IMG/VR virus record: IMGVR_UViG_3300027872_000005
Location: 1-63,150 of that record
DNA: 63,150 bases
Source of the DNA: a virus
Taxonomy: Duplodnaviria; Caudoviricetes
Direction: 5' to 3' (one strand)
Under the pieces are notes generated by a model that was not told the origin of the DNA, did no database searches, and saw nothing but the letters and a program-made list of their open reading frames with translations. Made by a program: the position numbers and the translations under genes. How positions within the stretch are numbered: the stretch's first letter is position 1; every line of letters begins with the position of its first letter. Shown here in pieces: positions 38,804 to 48,721 of the stretch.

Positions 38804-40578
38804 TGGCATCCTTCACCGCACAAGATGTGCACGAAATGGCGGAAATGATGATCGCCGAGGCCAGCAGCGAAGGTTGGAGGGGCATGGCGGATGTCGGTTA
38901 TGCCGCTTACAACCGCTCTGAATTGACCGGTAAATCAATATCAGAAACCATCAATCACTACGATGCAAAGAGTGGTTATGCGCAGTTCTCCTACCAGACT
39001 GACGCAGCCAACATGGAAAGAACCGAGAGAGCGATCGAGGAAAACGCGCCGATCTATATTGAGGCCACACGGCTCGCTGGCGATATTTTGACCGGCCAAT
39101 CAGCGTATCCAAATCACGGTGGAACGTACTATCACAAAACCAACATGGAAAAACCGCCAGATTGGCGCCATGATTACGATGTCATAGAGGCGATCGATTA
39201 CGGTAATCACATATTTTATGGTGGACCGATCGCGGCTAGTCACATTACGCATCTTAGCGACATCTTTTCCACCTATGATTTCGGCCCGGTTCCAGAAAAT
39301 TCGCCCGCCATTCAAATCGCGGCGTGGGCCAATCCAGAGCCGGTTAATCTGTTCGGATTTGAAGACTTGGTGGAAGCGTTTGATTCCCAGGGCTTCCCGA
39401 TTTCATCGGCAATGGCGGCAGAGGCACCATTAGGCACAAGTATGGAATCGATGGCGGCGAGCCCGGAAATGCCGTCCAATCAGCCAAAACAGCCGGCGAT
39501 GATGGCACCGGGGATACCGCAGCCACGGCCGTCGCCGGGGATAATGGCGCCAGGCGCCTCGATCGATCAGGTGTCCTACACGCCTGATAATTTCCCGGAC
39601 GTAATAGCCGGTGGTTTGCGCGGCCGATCAAGCCCAATTTCAAGCCCCCTGGGCGGTGTCGGCAATTATACCAATGAAAATCTCGGCTATGACAGCCTAT
39701 CCAGCCCGGAAGGCATCGCTCCGGGCCTCATGTCTGGAACCACGGTCAGTGCCAGAGGCGCAGCTAACCCGGAACTGGCATCAACCCCCGCTCCCGTGGC
39801 GGCACCTTCCCGCGATCTGCATCAATCCGAAACGCCGAGCATTTTCGATCAAAGAGAACCGGAACCGGCGGCATCGCCTATGTTTGCCGGTGTTCCCGAA
39901 GCATCTTTCTCCAATCAAGCAGCGGACGCGGCACCGGGGATTCCACAACCAAGACCCTCGGCGGACGCACCGCTTCCACCGCAGCCGCGTTCATCAGCAG
40001 CAGTAAATACACCGCCAAGCAAAGGAAACATTGTCACAGGCGGCTTAAAGGGCGCCGGACAGGGGTTTATCGCCGGTGGCCCATTGGGTGCGGCAATCGG
40101 CGGAGCGATCGGGGCGGGTGTTCCGCTCATCAAACGAATGAACAGGACGAGCGGCGGTGCGCCTGCTGATGATGGACCGTCAAGTTGGGGCAGCGATCCA
40201 ATCTCTGAAATTGCCGATCAAAGCTACAATGCCGATGGATCGTTCAATTTGGACCAATTCTATGAAGCTGCGGCCAAGACCGCTTTTGGCGGTGGCGGCG
40301 GTGCTCTGGTGCGAGAAAACCGTGTTGCCTACGAGGCTGCGAAGCGCACGGCGGCGAGCCGTGGCACAGAGAGTTATTACGATTATTCCCGTGGCAGCAC
40401 CGCGCCGACTAGCGGTAAGTCTTCCAGCAGATCTTCCGGATCGGATCGCAATGGCGGCAGCGATAGGAACGACGATTCCTATGGCGGCGGCGGTGCCGAA
40501 CGAAAGGAAAGCGAAAAAGGAATGCCGAGCGGCGGCTTTGATCCATCCGAAAGGACTGTCGGTTCATCAAATCGGTAA
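38803..40578 (+). CDS. Virion cell-wall hydrolase (SleB/Hydrolase_2-like) with Pro/Ser-rich tail
   Basis: IAEASSEG, YNR, QFS, TYYH, GNHIFY. Confidence 0.75.
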   Translation: MASFTAQDVHEMAEMMIAEASSEGWRGMADVGYAAYNRSELTGKSISETINHYDAKSGYAQFSYQTDAANMERTERAIEENAPIYIEATRLAGDILTGQSAYPNHGGTYYHKTNMEKPPDWRHDYDVIEAIDYGNHIFYGGPIAASHITHLSDIFSTYDFGPVPENSPAIQIAAWANPEPVNLFGFEDLVEAFDSQGFPISSAMAAEAPLGTSMESMAASPEMPSNQPKQPAMMAPGIPQPRPSPGIMAPGASIDQVSYTPDNFPDVIAGGLRGRSSPISSPLGGVGNYTNENLGYDSLSSPEGIAPGLMSGTTVSARGAANPELASTPAPVAAPSRDLHQSETPSIFDQREPEPAASPMFAGVPEASFSNQAADAAPGIPQPRPSADAPLPPQPRSSAAVNTPPSKGNIVTGGLKGAGQGFIAGGPLGAAIGGAIGAGVPLIKRMNRTSGGAPADDGPSSWGSDPISEIADQSYNADGSFNLDQFYEAAAKTAFGGGGGALVRENRVAYEAAKRTAASRGTESYYDYSRGSTAPTSGKSSSRSSGSDRNGGSDRNDDSYGGGGAERKESEKGMPSGGFDPSERTVGSSNR

Positions 40579-40590
40579 AAGGAGAATCCA

Positions 40591-40854
40591 ATGTCAAGCA
40601 TGAAATCCATTTCGCCGGCACTAGAGGCCCAAGCCGTCGATATATCGAGCGTCGATCACGCTTTTCCCAAGCCCTGCAACGCCATTTATGTCGGCGGAAC
40701 GGGTGTCATCATCGTTGAAATGGGCAATGTCGCGGGTGGCGTTGTAAATGTCACCTTCTCCGCTGTTCCTGCCGGCTATCAACTGAACGTTGCCGCAACC
40801 AAGGTAATCAAGACCGGCACCACGGCGACGCTCATGGTGGGGATGTTCTCGTGA
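40591..40854 (+). CDS. Head-spike base protein (RcGTA Rcc01079-like)
   Basis: 87 aa; AIYVGGTG...VTFSAVPAG...KVIKTGTTAT. Confidence 0.75.
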   Translation: MSSMKSISPALEAQAVDISSVDHAFPKPCNAIYVGGTGVIIVEMGNVAGGVVNVTFSAVPAGYQLNVAATKVIKTGTTATLMVGMFS

Positions 40855-42758
40855 GATTAGGACTCGGCCTTGGACTGAGATACAGACGCGCTTTGCTCGG
40901 TGAGCCTGTTCTGGCGATTCCGGTCAATAGCGTTGCACCGGCTATCAGCGGCACGGAAACACAAGGTAACGTCCTAACCACGACAGACGGGACGTGGACC
41001 GCCAATCCGCCGCCGACCTTCAGCTATCAATGGGATGCCAACGATGTTGTGATTCCGGCCGCGACGGCCAATCAATATACGCTGACGGCGGGTGAAGTCG
41101 GCAAGGTCGTCAAGTGCGTGGTCACGGCAACCAACACCGAAGGCTCGACGCCAGCGGACAGTAACGACAGCGGATCAATTGCCGCGGCGGTGGCCGATCC
41201 GGTCAATATCGCCTCTGCAGCGGGTGTCGCGACGGTTTCCGGTGAGGCCGCCGGCCTCGACAGCGTTGCCGCATCGGCGGGTGTGGCTACCGCTCTTGGC
41301 CGATCCGGTCCAACAGCGCCCAGCGATCTTCTCGATGACTCCGATTTCGATGCCCTGGCGGTTGATTTCGTCAGATTGCTTGTCACTATCCGCGATGTTG
41401 CGACACCGGCCAATGACGTCGCCGATGGCCCGATCAATTCCAGCATCGCTTTCACTGGTGGCACCAAGACCATTGTTGCTCTGAGCGGCGTTCTCAAGAC
41501 GCGAGGGGCCAACACGCTCGAACAATCGCACGATCCTGAAACACCTGGCAATGTAGCCATCGGAACGCTGATCGAGCCGATAGCGGAAGCCAGCATTCAC
41601 CTGCACTCTGCCGACGCGACAGACGTTTCATGGGTCAAATCCGGTGTCGATGTTCCGGCAACCGACAAAATCGATCCTTTCGGAACATCCACTGCCGATG
41701 AAATTGCCTGTACGGCACAAGGCGATGTCGTTCGGACAATGCACCAAGCCTACACCGGGTTGACGGCGGGCAAGGTGACGACCGTTTCCCGCTGGATCAA
41801 AGCCGGGGTCAATGTTGATTTCGTTCAATTGGCTTGGGATGCGGACGGCAATGGCACGGACGGCTGCTACTGTAATTTCCAGCTTTCCACGGGGGCGCGT
41901 GGAGTACCACAGGCGTTTGCCGCCGGCACGGCTCTAACCGCTCGTATGACCGGTTACATCAATGGCTATTATCGCGTCGAATTGGCCGGAAAGATTGCTG
42001 TCGGGACGGTCGGCCGCTTCTCAATGAATTTTGTCGATCGCATCGACGCTGACGGCTTCGAGGCCGCCAATTTGCTCAACAACGACAGCGTGATCGTTTT
42101 CGGGGCGCAGGTTGGACCGGGGACGGAGATCGCCGGTTCCTACATCGCTTCCACGACAACTCCCGTCACCCGTGCCGCCGATACCATCCCGCAGATCCTC
42201 ACCGCGGATTTCCCCTACGCCAACACGGGGCCGGGCTGCGTCGGCTTCAAATATCAGATTTTGGAGGTGCCGGCCGGCAATTCCAACATTTTCGCCATCG
42301 GCAATTCGGCGACGGAAGAACTGGCGCTTGAACAATATGACGATTCCGGCTCGCAACACCGCTTTTCCATCAAGGATGGCGGGGTACAGGTTGCGCTGAT
42401 TGCCGATGGTCCGGGCTCGGCCGACTATTTTGCTGAATTGCTCACCTGCTTCTCGTGGACAACTGACGATGCCTACATCAAGTGCAACGAGGGCATCCCT
42501 GACGGCACCCAGGACGTGACCGTGACGCTGCCGACAACCGGTGGCACCTTACTCTACATCGGCGGCGACAGCAGCGGCGGTTCAGCTTCGATAATGCTCA
42601 AGGAATTTGTCTACCTGCCGCGCAAACCATTCAACATCGATACCGAAGCCACGGCAGACGGCGGGTTGCCGTTCCCAACCGGTATTGCCGCGATGGCTCT
42701 GCTTGAGACCGGTGACGCTATCCTCACCGAGACAGGCGGAAACCTCGTTCTCGAATAA
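40851..42758 (+). CDS. Head fibre protein (Rcc01080-like N-terminus)
   Basis: MRLGLGLGL start; Ig-like PAISG...YQW domain; SYIASTTTPVTRAAD; lectin-like C-domain. Confidence 0.75.
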   Translation: MRLGLGLGLRYRRALLGEPVLAIPVNSVAPAISGTETQGNVLTTTDGTWTANPPPTFSYQWDANDVVIPAATANQYTLTAGEVGKVVKCVVTATNTEGSTPADSNDSGSIAAAVADPVNIASAAGVATVSGEAAGLDSVAASAGVATALGRSGPTAPSDLLDDSDFDALAVDFVRLLVTIRDVATPANDVADGPINSSIAFTGGTKTIVALSGVLKTRGANTLEQSHDPETPGNVAIGTLIEPIAEASIHLHSADATDVSWVKSGVDVPATDKIDPFGTSTADEIACTAQGDVVRTMHQAYTGLTAGKVTTVSRWIKAGVNVDFVQLAWDADGNGTDGCYCNFQLSTGARGVPQAFAAGTALTARMTGYINGYYRVELAGKIAVGTVGRFSMNFVDRIDADGFEAANLLNNDSVIVFGAQVGPGTEIAGSYIASTTTPVTRAADTIPQILTADFPYANTGPGCVGFKYQILEVPAGNSNIFAIGNSATEELALEQYDDSGSQHRFSIKDGGVQVALIADGPGSADYFAELLTCFSWTTDDAYIKCNEGIPDGTQDVTVTLPTTGGTLLYIGGDSSGGSASIMLKEFVYLPRKPFNIDTEATADGGLPFPTGIAAMALLETGDAILTETGGNLVLE

Positions 42759-42770
42759 AGGAGAAAGACA

Positions 42771-43304
42771 TTGGTAGATACAAAAATATCAGGATTTGAT
42801 GACATTGGCGCTGATATTGTCGGCACCGATCAACTGGCTGTTGTCGATGATCCTGCCGGTACGCCATTGAGCCGCAGGGCCGATTTTACGCGGCTTCTGC
42901 GATACATCGAACAGGAAACCACCTTCATCAAATATGTCCAGCCAACGGTTGTCGATCCTCTAACCGTTGTCACGACCGGCGATGGCAAATGGTATATGCA
43001 CGTTCCGCCCGGATTGAACGGCATGAACTTGATGTATGTCCACGCCGAGTGCATCACCGCCGGCGCTGTCAGCGGGACGATGGATGTGCAGATCCGAAAC
43101 GTCACCCAAGCCGTTGATATGCTTACAACCAAGCTCACGATCGATGTCAGTGAAACCGGATCGGACACGGCCGCCGTTGCCGCCGTGATCGATGCGGCCA
43201 ATGACGATGTTGCAACCAACGATCTGCTCGCTATCGATATCGATGGCATTCACGGCACACCGGCCAAGGGTTTGATCGTAACGTTGGGGTTCCAGCTTCC
43301 ATGA
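42771..43304 (+). CDS. Fibre adaptor protein
   Basis: TTG start after AAGGAG; DTKIS N-motif; C-domain resembles that of the 26480 gene. Confidence 0.6.
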   Translation: MVDTKISGFDDIGADIVGTDQLAVVDDPAGTPLSRRADFTRLLRYIEQETTFIKYVQPTVVDPLTVVTTGDGKWYMHVPPGLNGMNLMYVHAECITAGAVSGTMDVQIRNVTQAVDMLTTKLTIDVSETGSDTAAVAAVIDAANDDVATNDLLAIDIDGIHGTPAKGLIVTLGFQLP

Positions 43305-45082
43305 CCTACACCATTGTAAATAATGTGGATTTTCGGGACACCGTTGGTCCTACCAATGTCACGTACCAATATCTGCAGATGACACGACCGGAATCCGTCA
43401 GCGGCGCTGTTAATGGTAAGTGCGTTATTGTCCATGATGAAGATGGTCAAACCTTACGGAAAATCCGCGGCTTCGATTGGGCGAAGCGTCTTGCCGAATT
43501 TCGCAACCTCTCCAACATTCACATAGAGGATATTTATGCCGATTCCAGAATGAATGCCGAGCAACAGTTCGCCGCTGGCATTGTCATAAGGGAGCCCTAT
43601 TCAAACATCAAAGTCAAAAACGCGATCGTCCGGAACGTGCGTTATGCCGGCAGCGAGACCGGCTACCAGAACGCCGATGGTTATACGACCGAGCGCAATG
43701 GCTCGGAGATAGAATTTTGGTCGTGCATCGGCATCGATACAGTTGACAGCATTTGGGATATGAAGTCCGCGGGCATTTGGGTTGATTGCGATGTCGAAAA
43801 CTCGAATTTCGGGTGGCGTTTGAGGGGAGCAAATTCGGTTGGTGAGCCCGACCAGATCCATTATTTGATCAATTGCACATCCCGCAGTTGTGCAAGGGCC
43901 ATACAGGTACACCCCCGCTGCGAGGTCCGGCTATGGAATTATACTGCGATCGATAACGGCGGTCTGTACGATATCAAAGTTGGTGCCAGTGTTGATCAGG
44001 TTATCTTTTTGACCGAGCATCCCTTCCCCAATATGCGGGAGCCTTACCCGCCGACGTTCACCGAAAAGCAAAAGCGTGAATATGACGATGCCGGCCGCAA
44101 CCGGGCCAAGCATAGGCTCTATCTGGCGCCTCAGAATGTTGAGCGGCTGCGCACACAAACGCCTAAAATCTCAGGCGGGTTGATCGGCTCGATCAAAACC
44201 GTCACGGACGGCATATCGTCCGGTGTCGATGGCAAATACTGCGAGACCTCCGATGGTATCGCTGCCTCGATGCAGGTTGACGACGATGCGGCGATTGCAT
44301 GGTTTCAGGCTCGCTCTGGATTTTCAAATGCCAGGGCCGGCATCGATCTCCGTCTTGATAATGTCGCGAACGCTCTGATTCTTCGCTTGAACGATGATCG
44401 CTACTGCCTGAAAGAAGCCGGCGCCATCACCCACATGGCGAGGATCGGCGAGCCGGATTCCATCCGGGGCCATTTCTGGAGGAAGATGGGGGCAACTTCA
44501 TCTGGCGTTCTTTGGGATTATCTGGACGCCCAAATTGATCGTGGCCGGGTGTTTGGTGGAGGTAGTGATAACTGGAATATGCCGATTGCCGACATGGGGT
44601 CGGCGTGGGACGAGGACAATTTTTCGGTGATCGTTGGTTGGCACACGCCGAACGAAGTGGCCGCCGACCGATATGTTTTCCACATTCGGAACGCCGACGA
44701 CTCGGAATACCATAAGATGTGGGGCGACAGTGTTGGGGTATTCGGGTTTTCGACCAAGGACAATATTGGTACAAACGACTTCGTGCGCAGCCCCGGCTAT
44801 GGAGCCGGCCTTACTAGGTCATGCTACACGTTTGATGCGGGCACCACGAGATCGGTGCTGCATGAAGATGGCGTCAAGGTCGCCGATGACACCAGCGCCC
44901 GTACCCCGGCATCGCTCACAACCTTCAGTCTTGGCTCGAAAAGCAGCGGCGGCGGCGGGTTGCAGCGCCGCATCGCCGAACTTATCATTCTGCCGACAAC
45001 GTTGAGCGATGCCGACGCATTGTACGAGTCCGAACAGGCCAACAACACCTTCAGCCAACCGGGTATCGGGGATCTGAGTTGA
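43301..45082 (+). CDS. Putative spike/depolymerase: beta-helix plus ConA-like domain
   Basis: Beta-helix-like repeats (NIHIEDI, NIKVKNA, NADG...DMKS); C-terminal IAELIILPTTLSD. Confidence 0.55.
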   Translation: MTYTIVNNVDFRDTVGPTNVTYQYLQMTRPESVSGAVNGKCVIVHDEDGQTLRKIRGFDWAKRLAEFRNLSNIHIEDIYADSRMNAEQQFAAGIVIREPYSNIKVKNAIVRNVRYAGSETGYQNADGYTTERNGSEIEFWSCIGIDTVDSIWDMKSAGIWVDCDVENSNFGWRLRGANSVGEPDQIHYLINCTSRSCARAIQVHPRCEVRLWNYTAIDNGGLYDIKVGASVDQVIFLTEHPFPNMREPYPPTFTEKQKREYDDAGRNRAKHRLYLAPQNVERLRTQTPKISGGLIGSIKTVTDGISSGVDGKYCETSDGIAASMQVDDDAAIAWFQARSGFSNARAGIDLRLDNVANALILRLNDDRYCLKEAGAITHMARIGEPDSIRGHFWRKMGATSSGVLWDYLDAQIDRGRVFGGGSDNWNMPIADMGSAWDEDNFSVIVGWHTPNEVAADRYVFHIRNADDSEYHKMWGDSVGVFGFSTKDNIGTNDFVRSPGYGAGLTRSCYTFDAGTTRSVLHEDGVKVADDTSARTPASLTTFSLGSKSSGGGGLQRRIAELIILPTTLSDADALYESEQANNTFSQPGIGDLS

Positions 45083-45924
45083 TGAAACTTTCCGCCCAGG
45101 GCGCCGCCTTTCTCCGGGGCCATGAGGGTTTTGTCTCGAAGTGGTATCGCGATCCGGTCGGTATTTTGACGATTGGGGTTGGCTTCACCTGGCGCTCGGA
45201 GTCGTTCAAAAAATGGTGGAAAAAACATAAACCCGGCTCGATCGGCCAAGGCTCGATGACACGCTTCGAGGCTGACGATGCGCTGAAATACCTATGCGAC
45301 ACGGAATATGGCCTGGCGGTCAATCGGTTCTTGGGCAAGAAAGTTGCGCAGCACGTCTTCGATGGCATGGTTTCGATGGTCTACAATTTGGGTCCGGGAG
45401 CACTTAAATGGAAATGGGCGGCAGCTTGCAAGCGCGGCAATTATGCCGCAGCGGCGGCTCTGGTGAGACGCACAGGGACAACGGCCAAAGGCATCCGGTT
45501 GCCCGGTCTGGTCAGGCGCCGAAAAGAGGAAGCGCTGTTGATCTCGAACGGTATCTACACGGGTGAGCGAGTGTTGGTGATCGATGCGATGGCCGATGGT
45601 GTTCTGAGACGCCGCGAGCGCGGGTCCGCCGTTGCCGCGCTGATCCGGGACTTGAAGACCTTGGGTTATTATAGCGGCCCAATCGATGATTTGTTCGGCC
45701 CGAGTACGGAAGCCGCGGTTATGCAATTCCAGCATATCAGCGGTTTGCAATCTGACGGTATTGCAGGACCGAAAACCCTGAAAATGATCGCCGCTGCATT
45801 GCGGACACCTGCAAGGATAGCCGCGAAACCACGCCGCAAGGCGACGGGCGGTTGGATTGGTTTTATCATGGTGGTTCTCACTGGAATCGCCGCAGCAATC
45901 GGAAAGGCAATTGGATTATGGTAG
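45082..45924 (+). CDS. Endolysin: GH24 lysozyme, peptidoglycan-binding domain, C-terminal TM helix
   Basis: HEG-x7-D-x5-T triad; GLVRRRKEE; DDLFGPSTEAAVMQFQ...DGIAGPKT. Confidence 0.92.
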   Translation: MKLSAQGAAFLRGHEGFVSKWYRDPVGILTIGVGFTWRSESFKKWWKKHKPGSIGQGSMTRFEADDALKYLCDTEYGLAVNRFLGKKVAQHVFDGMVSMVYNLGPGALKWKWAAACKRGNYAAAAALVRRTGTTAKGIRLPGLVRRRKEEALLISNGIYTGERVLVIDAMADGVLRRRERGSAVAALIRDLKTLGYYSGPIDDLFGPSTEAAVMQFQHISGLQSDGIAGPKTLKMIAAALRTPARIAAKPRRKATGGWIGFIMVVLTGIAAAIGKAIGLW

Positions 45925-46190
45925 ATTTTACGTGGTGGCAGGTTGCCGCTTTCTTTGGTCCGTCTGTCGTGACCCTGATCGTTTGGGTATTTCATAAGCT
46001 GAGTGGATCGAAGACCAACATCAACGCAACACTTCTCGCCGTTCTCGGCGCTACGGAAATGCTCGATATGAGCTTTCTTCCGTATGGTATCACCGCGCCT
46101 CTGGCAACGGGCTTTGCCGCTGCGATTATGCTCTCGAACACGGTTTTGAGCAGCACACGGCCAAATCTTCCAAAGGCTTTGACGGGGTAG
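45918..46190 (+). CDS. Holin candidate
   Basis: 90 aa with 2-3 hydrophobic segments, next to endolysin. Confidence 0.5.
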   Translation: MVDFTWWQVAAFFGPSVVTLIVWVFHKLSGSKTNINATLLAVLGATEMLDMSFLPYGITAPLATGFAAAIMLSNTVLSSTRPNLPKALTG

Positions 46191-46194
46191 CGAT

Positions 46195-46623
46195 ATGTGG
46201 GCTCGGATCACGAAAGCATGGAAGCCGATAAGCGGTATCCTGTCAGCGTTTATTTTGGTGACGGTGGTGATCGCGGCCTGGAAGGGATTGCCGAGCCCGC
46301 CGCTGCTGGCGTCCGATGTCGAGGTTGCGATCGAGGTTGCGGCTGCGATCAAGCCGGTGATTGATCGGGCCGCGTCCCATGAACCAAAACTGATTGAATT
46401 GGCCGGCTCCGTTGACGTTCTGAAAAAGGGCCAGAATGCTCAGGAACACGCGACCCTGCTGATCCTGCTGTCCGGTAAGGACAACCAGCTCTATCAAGTC
46501 CAACAGCAGACTTCTACTGCAGCGTCCAAAGCCCGTGAGGCGACACTGAAACGGGAAATTGAAGCACTGAACCGGTCAATCATCCGCGTCGAGTGCAAAA
46601 TCCAGACGGGTAGAGATTGCTAA
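46195..46623 (+). CDS. Membrane-anchored coiled-coil protein (lysis region)
   Basis: N-terminal TM helix, coiled coil, C-terminal Cys pair. Confidence 0.6.
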   Translation: MWARITKAWKPISGILSAFILVTVVIAAWKGLPSPPLLASDVEVAIEVAAAIKPVIDRAASHEPKLIELAGSVDVLKKGQNAQEHATLLILLSGKDNQLYQVQQQTSTAASKAREATLKREIEALNRSIIRVECKIQTGRDC

Positions 46624-46874
46624 TGTTTTTGATCAAAGCCTTCCTTGGCAAATCGTGGATCTACATTGCCGCTGCAGTTGCGATCGCGGCGGTCTATGCG
46701 CGGCAGATTTTCAAAGCCCGTCGCGCCGGCGCCAAAGCCGAGCGTGACAAGCAGGTGCAACAACGCTTGCGCGACATGCGAGCCTCCCGTGACGCTATTG
46801 ATGCCTCGCGACGGCTCACAGACGACGAGGTACGCGCACAACTGAAAAAACGGCATGGAGGGACCAAGAAATGA
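46623..46874 (+). CDS. i-spanin (Rz-like) candidate
   Basis: N-terminal TM helix plus periplasmic helical domain, upstream of a lipoprotein. Confidence 0.55.
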   Translation: MFLIKAFLGKSWIYIAAAVAIAAVYARQIFKARRAGAKAERDKQVQQRLRDMRASRDAIDASRRLTDDEVRAQLKKRHGGTKK

Positions 46875-47059
46875 AGAACGTCGCCCTATGGCTCTCCCTG
46901 GCTGTCCTGATGGGTTGCCAGACTGGGCCGGCAGCGCCGCCGACCGGTTGTGTGATCTGGTCCGAACCGCCGCTCGCGGGTGAGATCGATAAGATGTCCG
47001 TTTCTCACCTTCGCTGGCATCACGAAATTGCAACGGCAGCAGATGAGGTATGCCGATGA
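46871..47059 (+). CDS. o-spanin (Rz1-like) lipoprotein candidate
   Basis: Lipobox LMGC followed by Pro-rich segment. Confidence 0.6.
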   Translation: MKNVALWLSLAVLMGCQTGPAAPPTGCVIWSEPPLAGEIDKMSVSHLRWHHEIATAADEVCR

Positions 47060-47370
47060 GAAATTTATTTGTCATCCTGATGATGTTTACGTTGAGTGGA
47101 GTGACGGAAGTCGCAGGGCAAGGCTATCAGTGCGCACCGTTCAAGATTATCCGCGACGTGATGCTGAAACAATGGGGTGAAATACCAACCCATCTTGGCC
47201 AAGCCGGCGATAAAAATTCCGGCAATTTCACGGTGATTTTCACTAACAGTGAAACCAAAAGCTATACCGTCGCGATGGTTCTGAAAACCGGCATGACCTG
47301 CATCATGGCCGGTGGTCGGAACTTTCACTATCAGCCGGCACCGGAGATTGAGGATGATTTTCCCGCGTAG
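47056..47370 (+). CDS. Small secreted protein
   Basis: Signal peptide; Cys pair; SYTV...TCIMAGG. Confidence 0.65.
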   Translation: MRNLFVILMMFTLSGVTEVAGQGYQCAPFKIIRDVMLKQWGEIPTHLGQAGDKNSGNFTVIFTNSETKSYTVAMVLKTGMTCIMAGGRNFHYQPAPEIEDDFPA

Positions 47371-47725
47371 CCTGGCGCTGCTGTTGTTGGTCTCGCCGGC
47401 TGCGGCGCAGGACTGGCGAGCCACCGGCATCGTCCTGCCGGAGTGGTATTCGGAGCAATGCTGCGGAGCTAAGGATTGCAGGCCGATCTCAGCGCGGGAA
47501 AGTCTCGCGGGCCTGTTGCGCTGGATACCGAGGGATGGCGGTGGCTGGTTGGTAACGGACACCGGGGAATTTTTTGCTGACATAGATGTCAACGGCCAGC
47601 CGAGTTCAACTATCAAGAGGTCGAGGGACTACCGCAACCACATCTGCCGAATCCCGGATGACGAGACTGAGCCGAAAGATACCTCCCGGACCATTTGCCT
47701 CTATATCGCCCCGCCCGGCCTCTAG
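47354..47725 (+). CDS. Small secreted Cys-rich protein
   Basis: Signal peptide ending AAA-Q; WYSEQCCGAKDC...HIC...ICLY. Confidence 0.7.
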   Translation: MIFPRSLALLLLVSPAAAQDWRATGIVLPEWYSEQCCGAKDCRPISARESLAGLLRWIPRDGGGWLVTDTGEFFADIDVNGQPSSTIKRSRDYRNHICRIPDDETEPKDTSRTICLYIAPPGL

Positions 47726-47748
47726 TAACCCTCGGAGCAGCCACGGAT

Positions 47749-47868
47749 ATGACCAACGCGGACTGGATCAGGATGGGAATTTTGATCCTGCTTGGCGTTC
47801 TCGCGATCGAGGGCGTGTTTTTGGCCACGCAACTGCAGATCATAGCATGGCAGCTAGGAGCGAATTAA
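47749..47868 (+). CDS. 39-aa membrane peptide (absent from ORF track)
   Basis: GGAG RBS; MTNADWIRMGILILLGVLAIEGVFLATQLQIIAWQLGAN. Confidence 0.45.
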   Translation: MTNADWIRMGILILLGVLAIEGVFLATQLQIIAWQLGAN

Positions 47869-47879
47869 ACGTAGCGTTT

Positions 47880-48236
47880 TCATGTTTGGCGCCGATATCC
47901 AACCTCACCAATAATTTCTACGGCTCTTTCCCAATCTCCTGGTGCAAAAAGAGCCAGCGCGATGGAAAACGGTTCAATGTCTTTCACCTGCCAGTAGGTC
48001 ATTTCATCACCGTAATCGTGTAGATGGGTGTGACAGGGCCTGCACATCGGGACCGTCCACTGGTCGCCGGCCTTGAGCGTACCGGACGGCGGTTTGCCAA
48101 GGCGTGGATAGGCCGGTTTCAGGTGGTGCGCGTCGGAATGTTCGGGCGTGACGCATGTGAGGCACGGCAGCGTCTTTATGAAAGCGATGTGAAGAGCATC
48201 ACGATGGCGATGGTCACGCTGCCTTGGCATCTTCAT
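47880..48236 (-). CDS. DUF968/HNH-like Zn-binding nuclease
   Basis: FIKTLPCLTC, DAHH, WTVPMCRPCH. Confidence 0.75.
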   Translation of the reverse strand: MKMPRQRDHRHRDALHIAFIKTLPCLTCVTPEHSDAHHLKPAYPRLGKPPSGTLKAGDQWTVPMCRPCHTHLHDYGDEMTYWQVKDIEPFSIALALFAPGDWERAVEIIGEVGYRRQT

Positions 48237-48720
48237 CGTATAGCTCTGTGAGTGCAGTTTGTGGAACGAAAAAGGCCGGCTTCGACTCGCCCGGATTTTT
48301 GATCCATTCCTCGTTCGTCGCGTCTTTCCCGTATATCCATCCTTGCAGGTGCATGATGGGAGCGACCCCTGTAACCAAGACAAAACCGTGCTTCTCGAAT
48401 TTGGTCTGCAGGTCTTTTTCCCGCATGATCAGACAGTTATTATGGCGGGGCGTGTAGCGAACGTGAATGTTTGGGGCAATATCCGGTTCATCGTAATTGT
48501 GGACCGAGCCTGACCAATAACAATTTTTCCATTTGCAAACCGCCAGTTCGGCACAAGCAGCCTCAATGTCGTTGGCCAGTGCCGATAGGCCGTTCTTTTC
48601 AAATCCCGCATAGCCGTCATTGTTATCCAGCCCACAACGTATGCTCTCGGCGCGTCGATAGGCGCCGATGGCCGCTGCCATGACGTGTTCTGCGTGATCG
48701 AGTGGGATGACGATTGTCAT
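48214..48720 (-). CDS. Hypothetical protein, possibly degenerate PD-(D/E)XK fold
   Basis: AELAVCKW...PDI...HVR pattern. Confidence 0.6.
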   Translation of the reverse strand: MTIVIPLDHAEHVMAAAIGAYRRAESIRCGLDNNDGYAGFEKNGLSALANDIEAACAELAVCKWKNCYWSGSVHNYDEPDIAPNIHVRYTPRHNNCLIMREKDLQTKFEKHGFVLVTGVAPIMHLQGWIYGKDATNEEWIKNPGESKPAFFVPQTALTELYDEDAKAA

Positions 48721-48721
48721 T

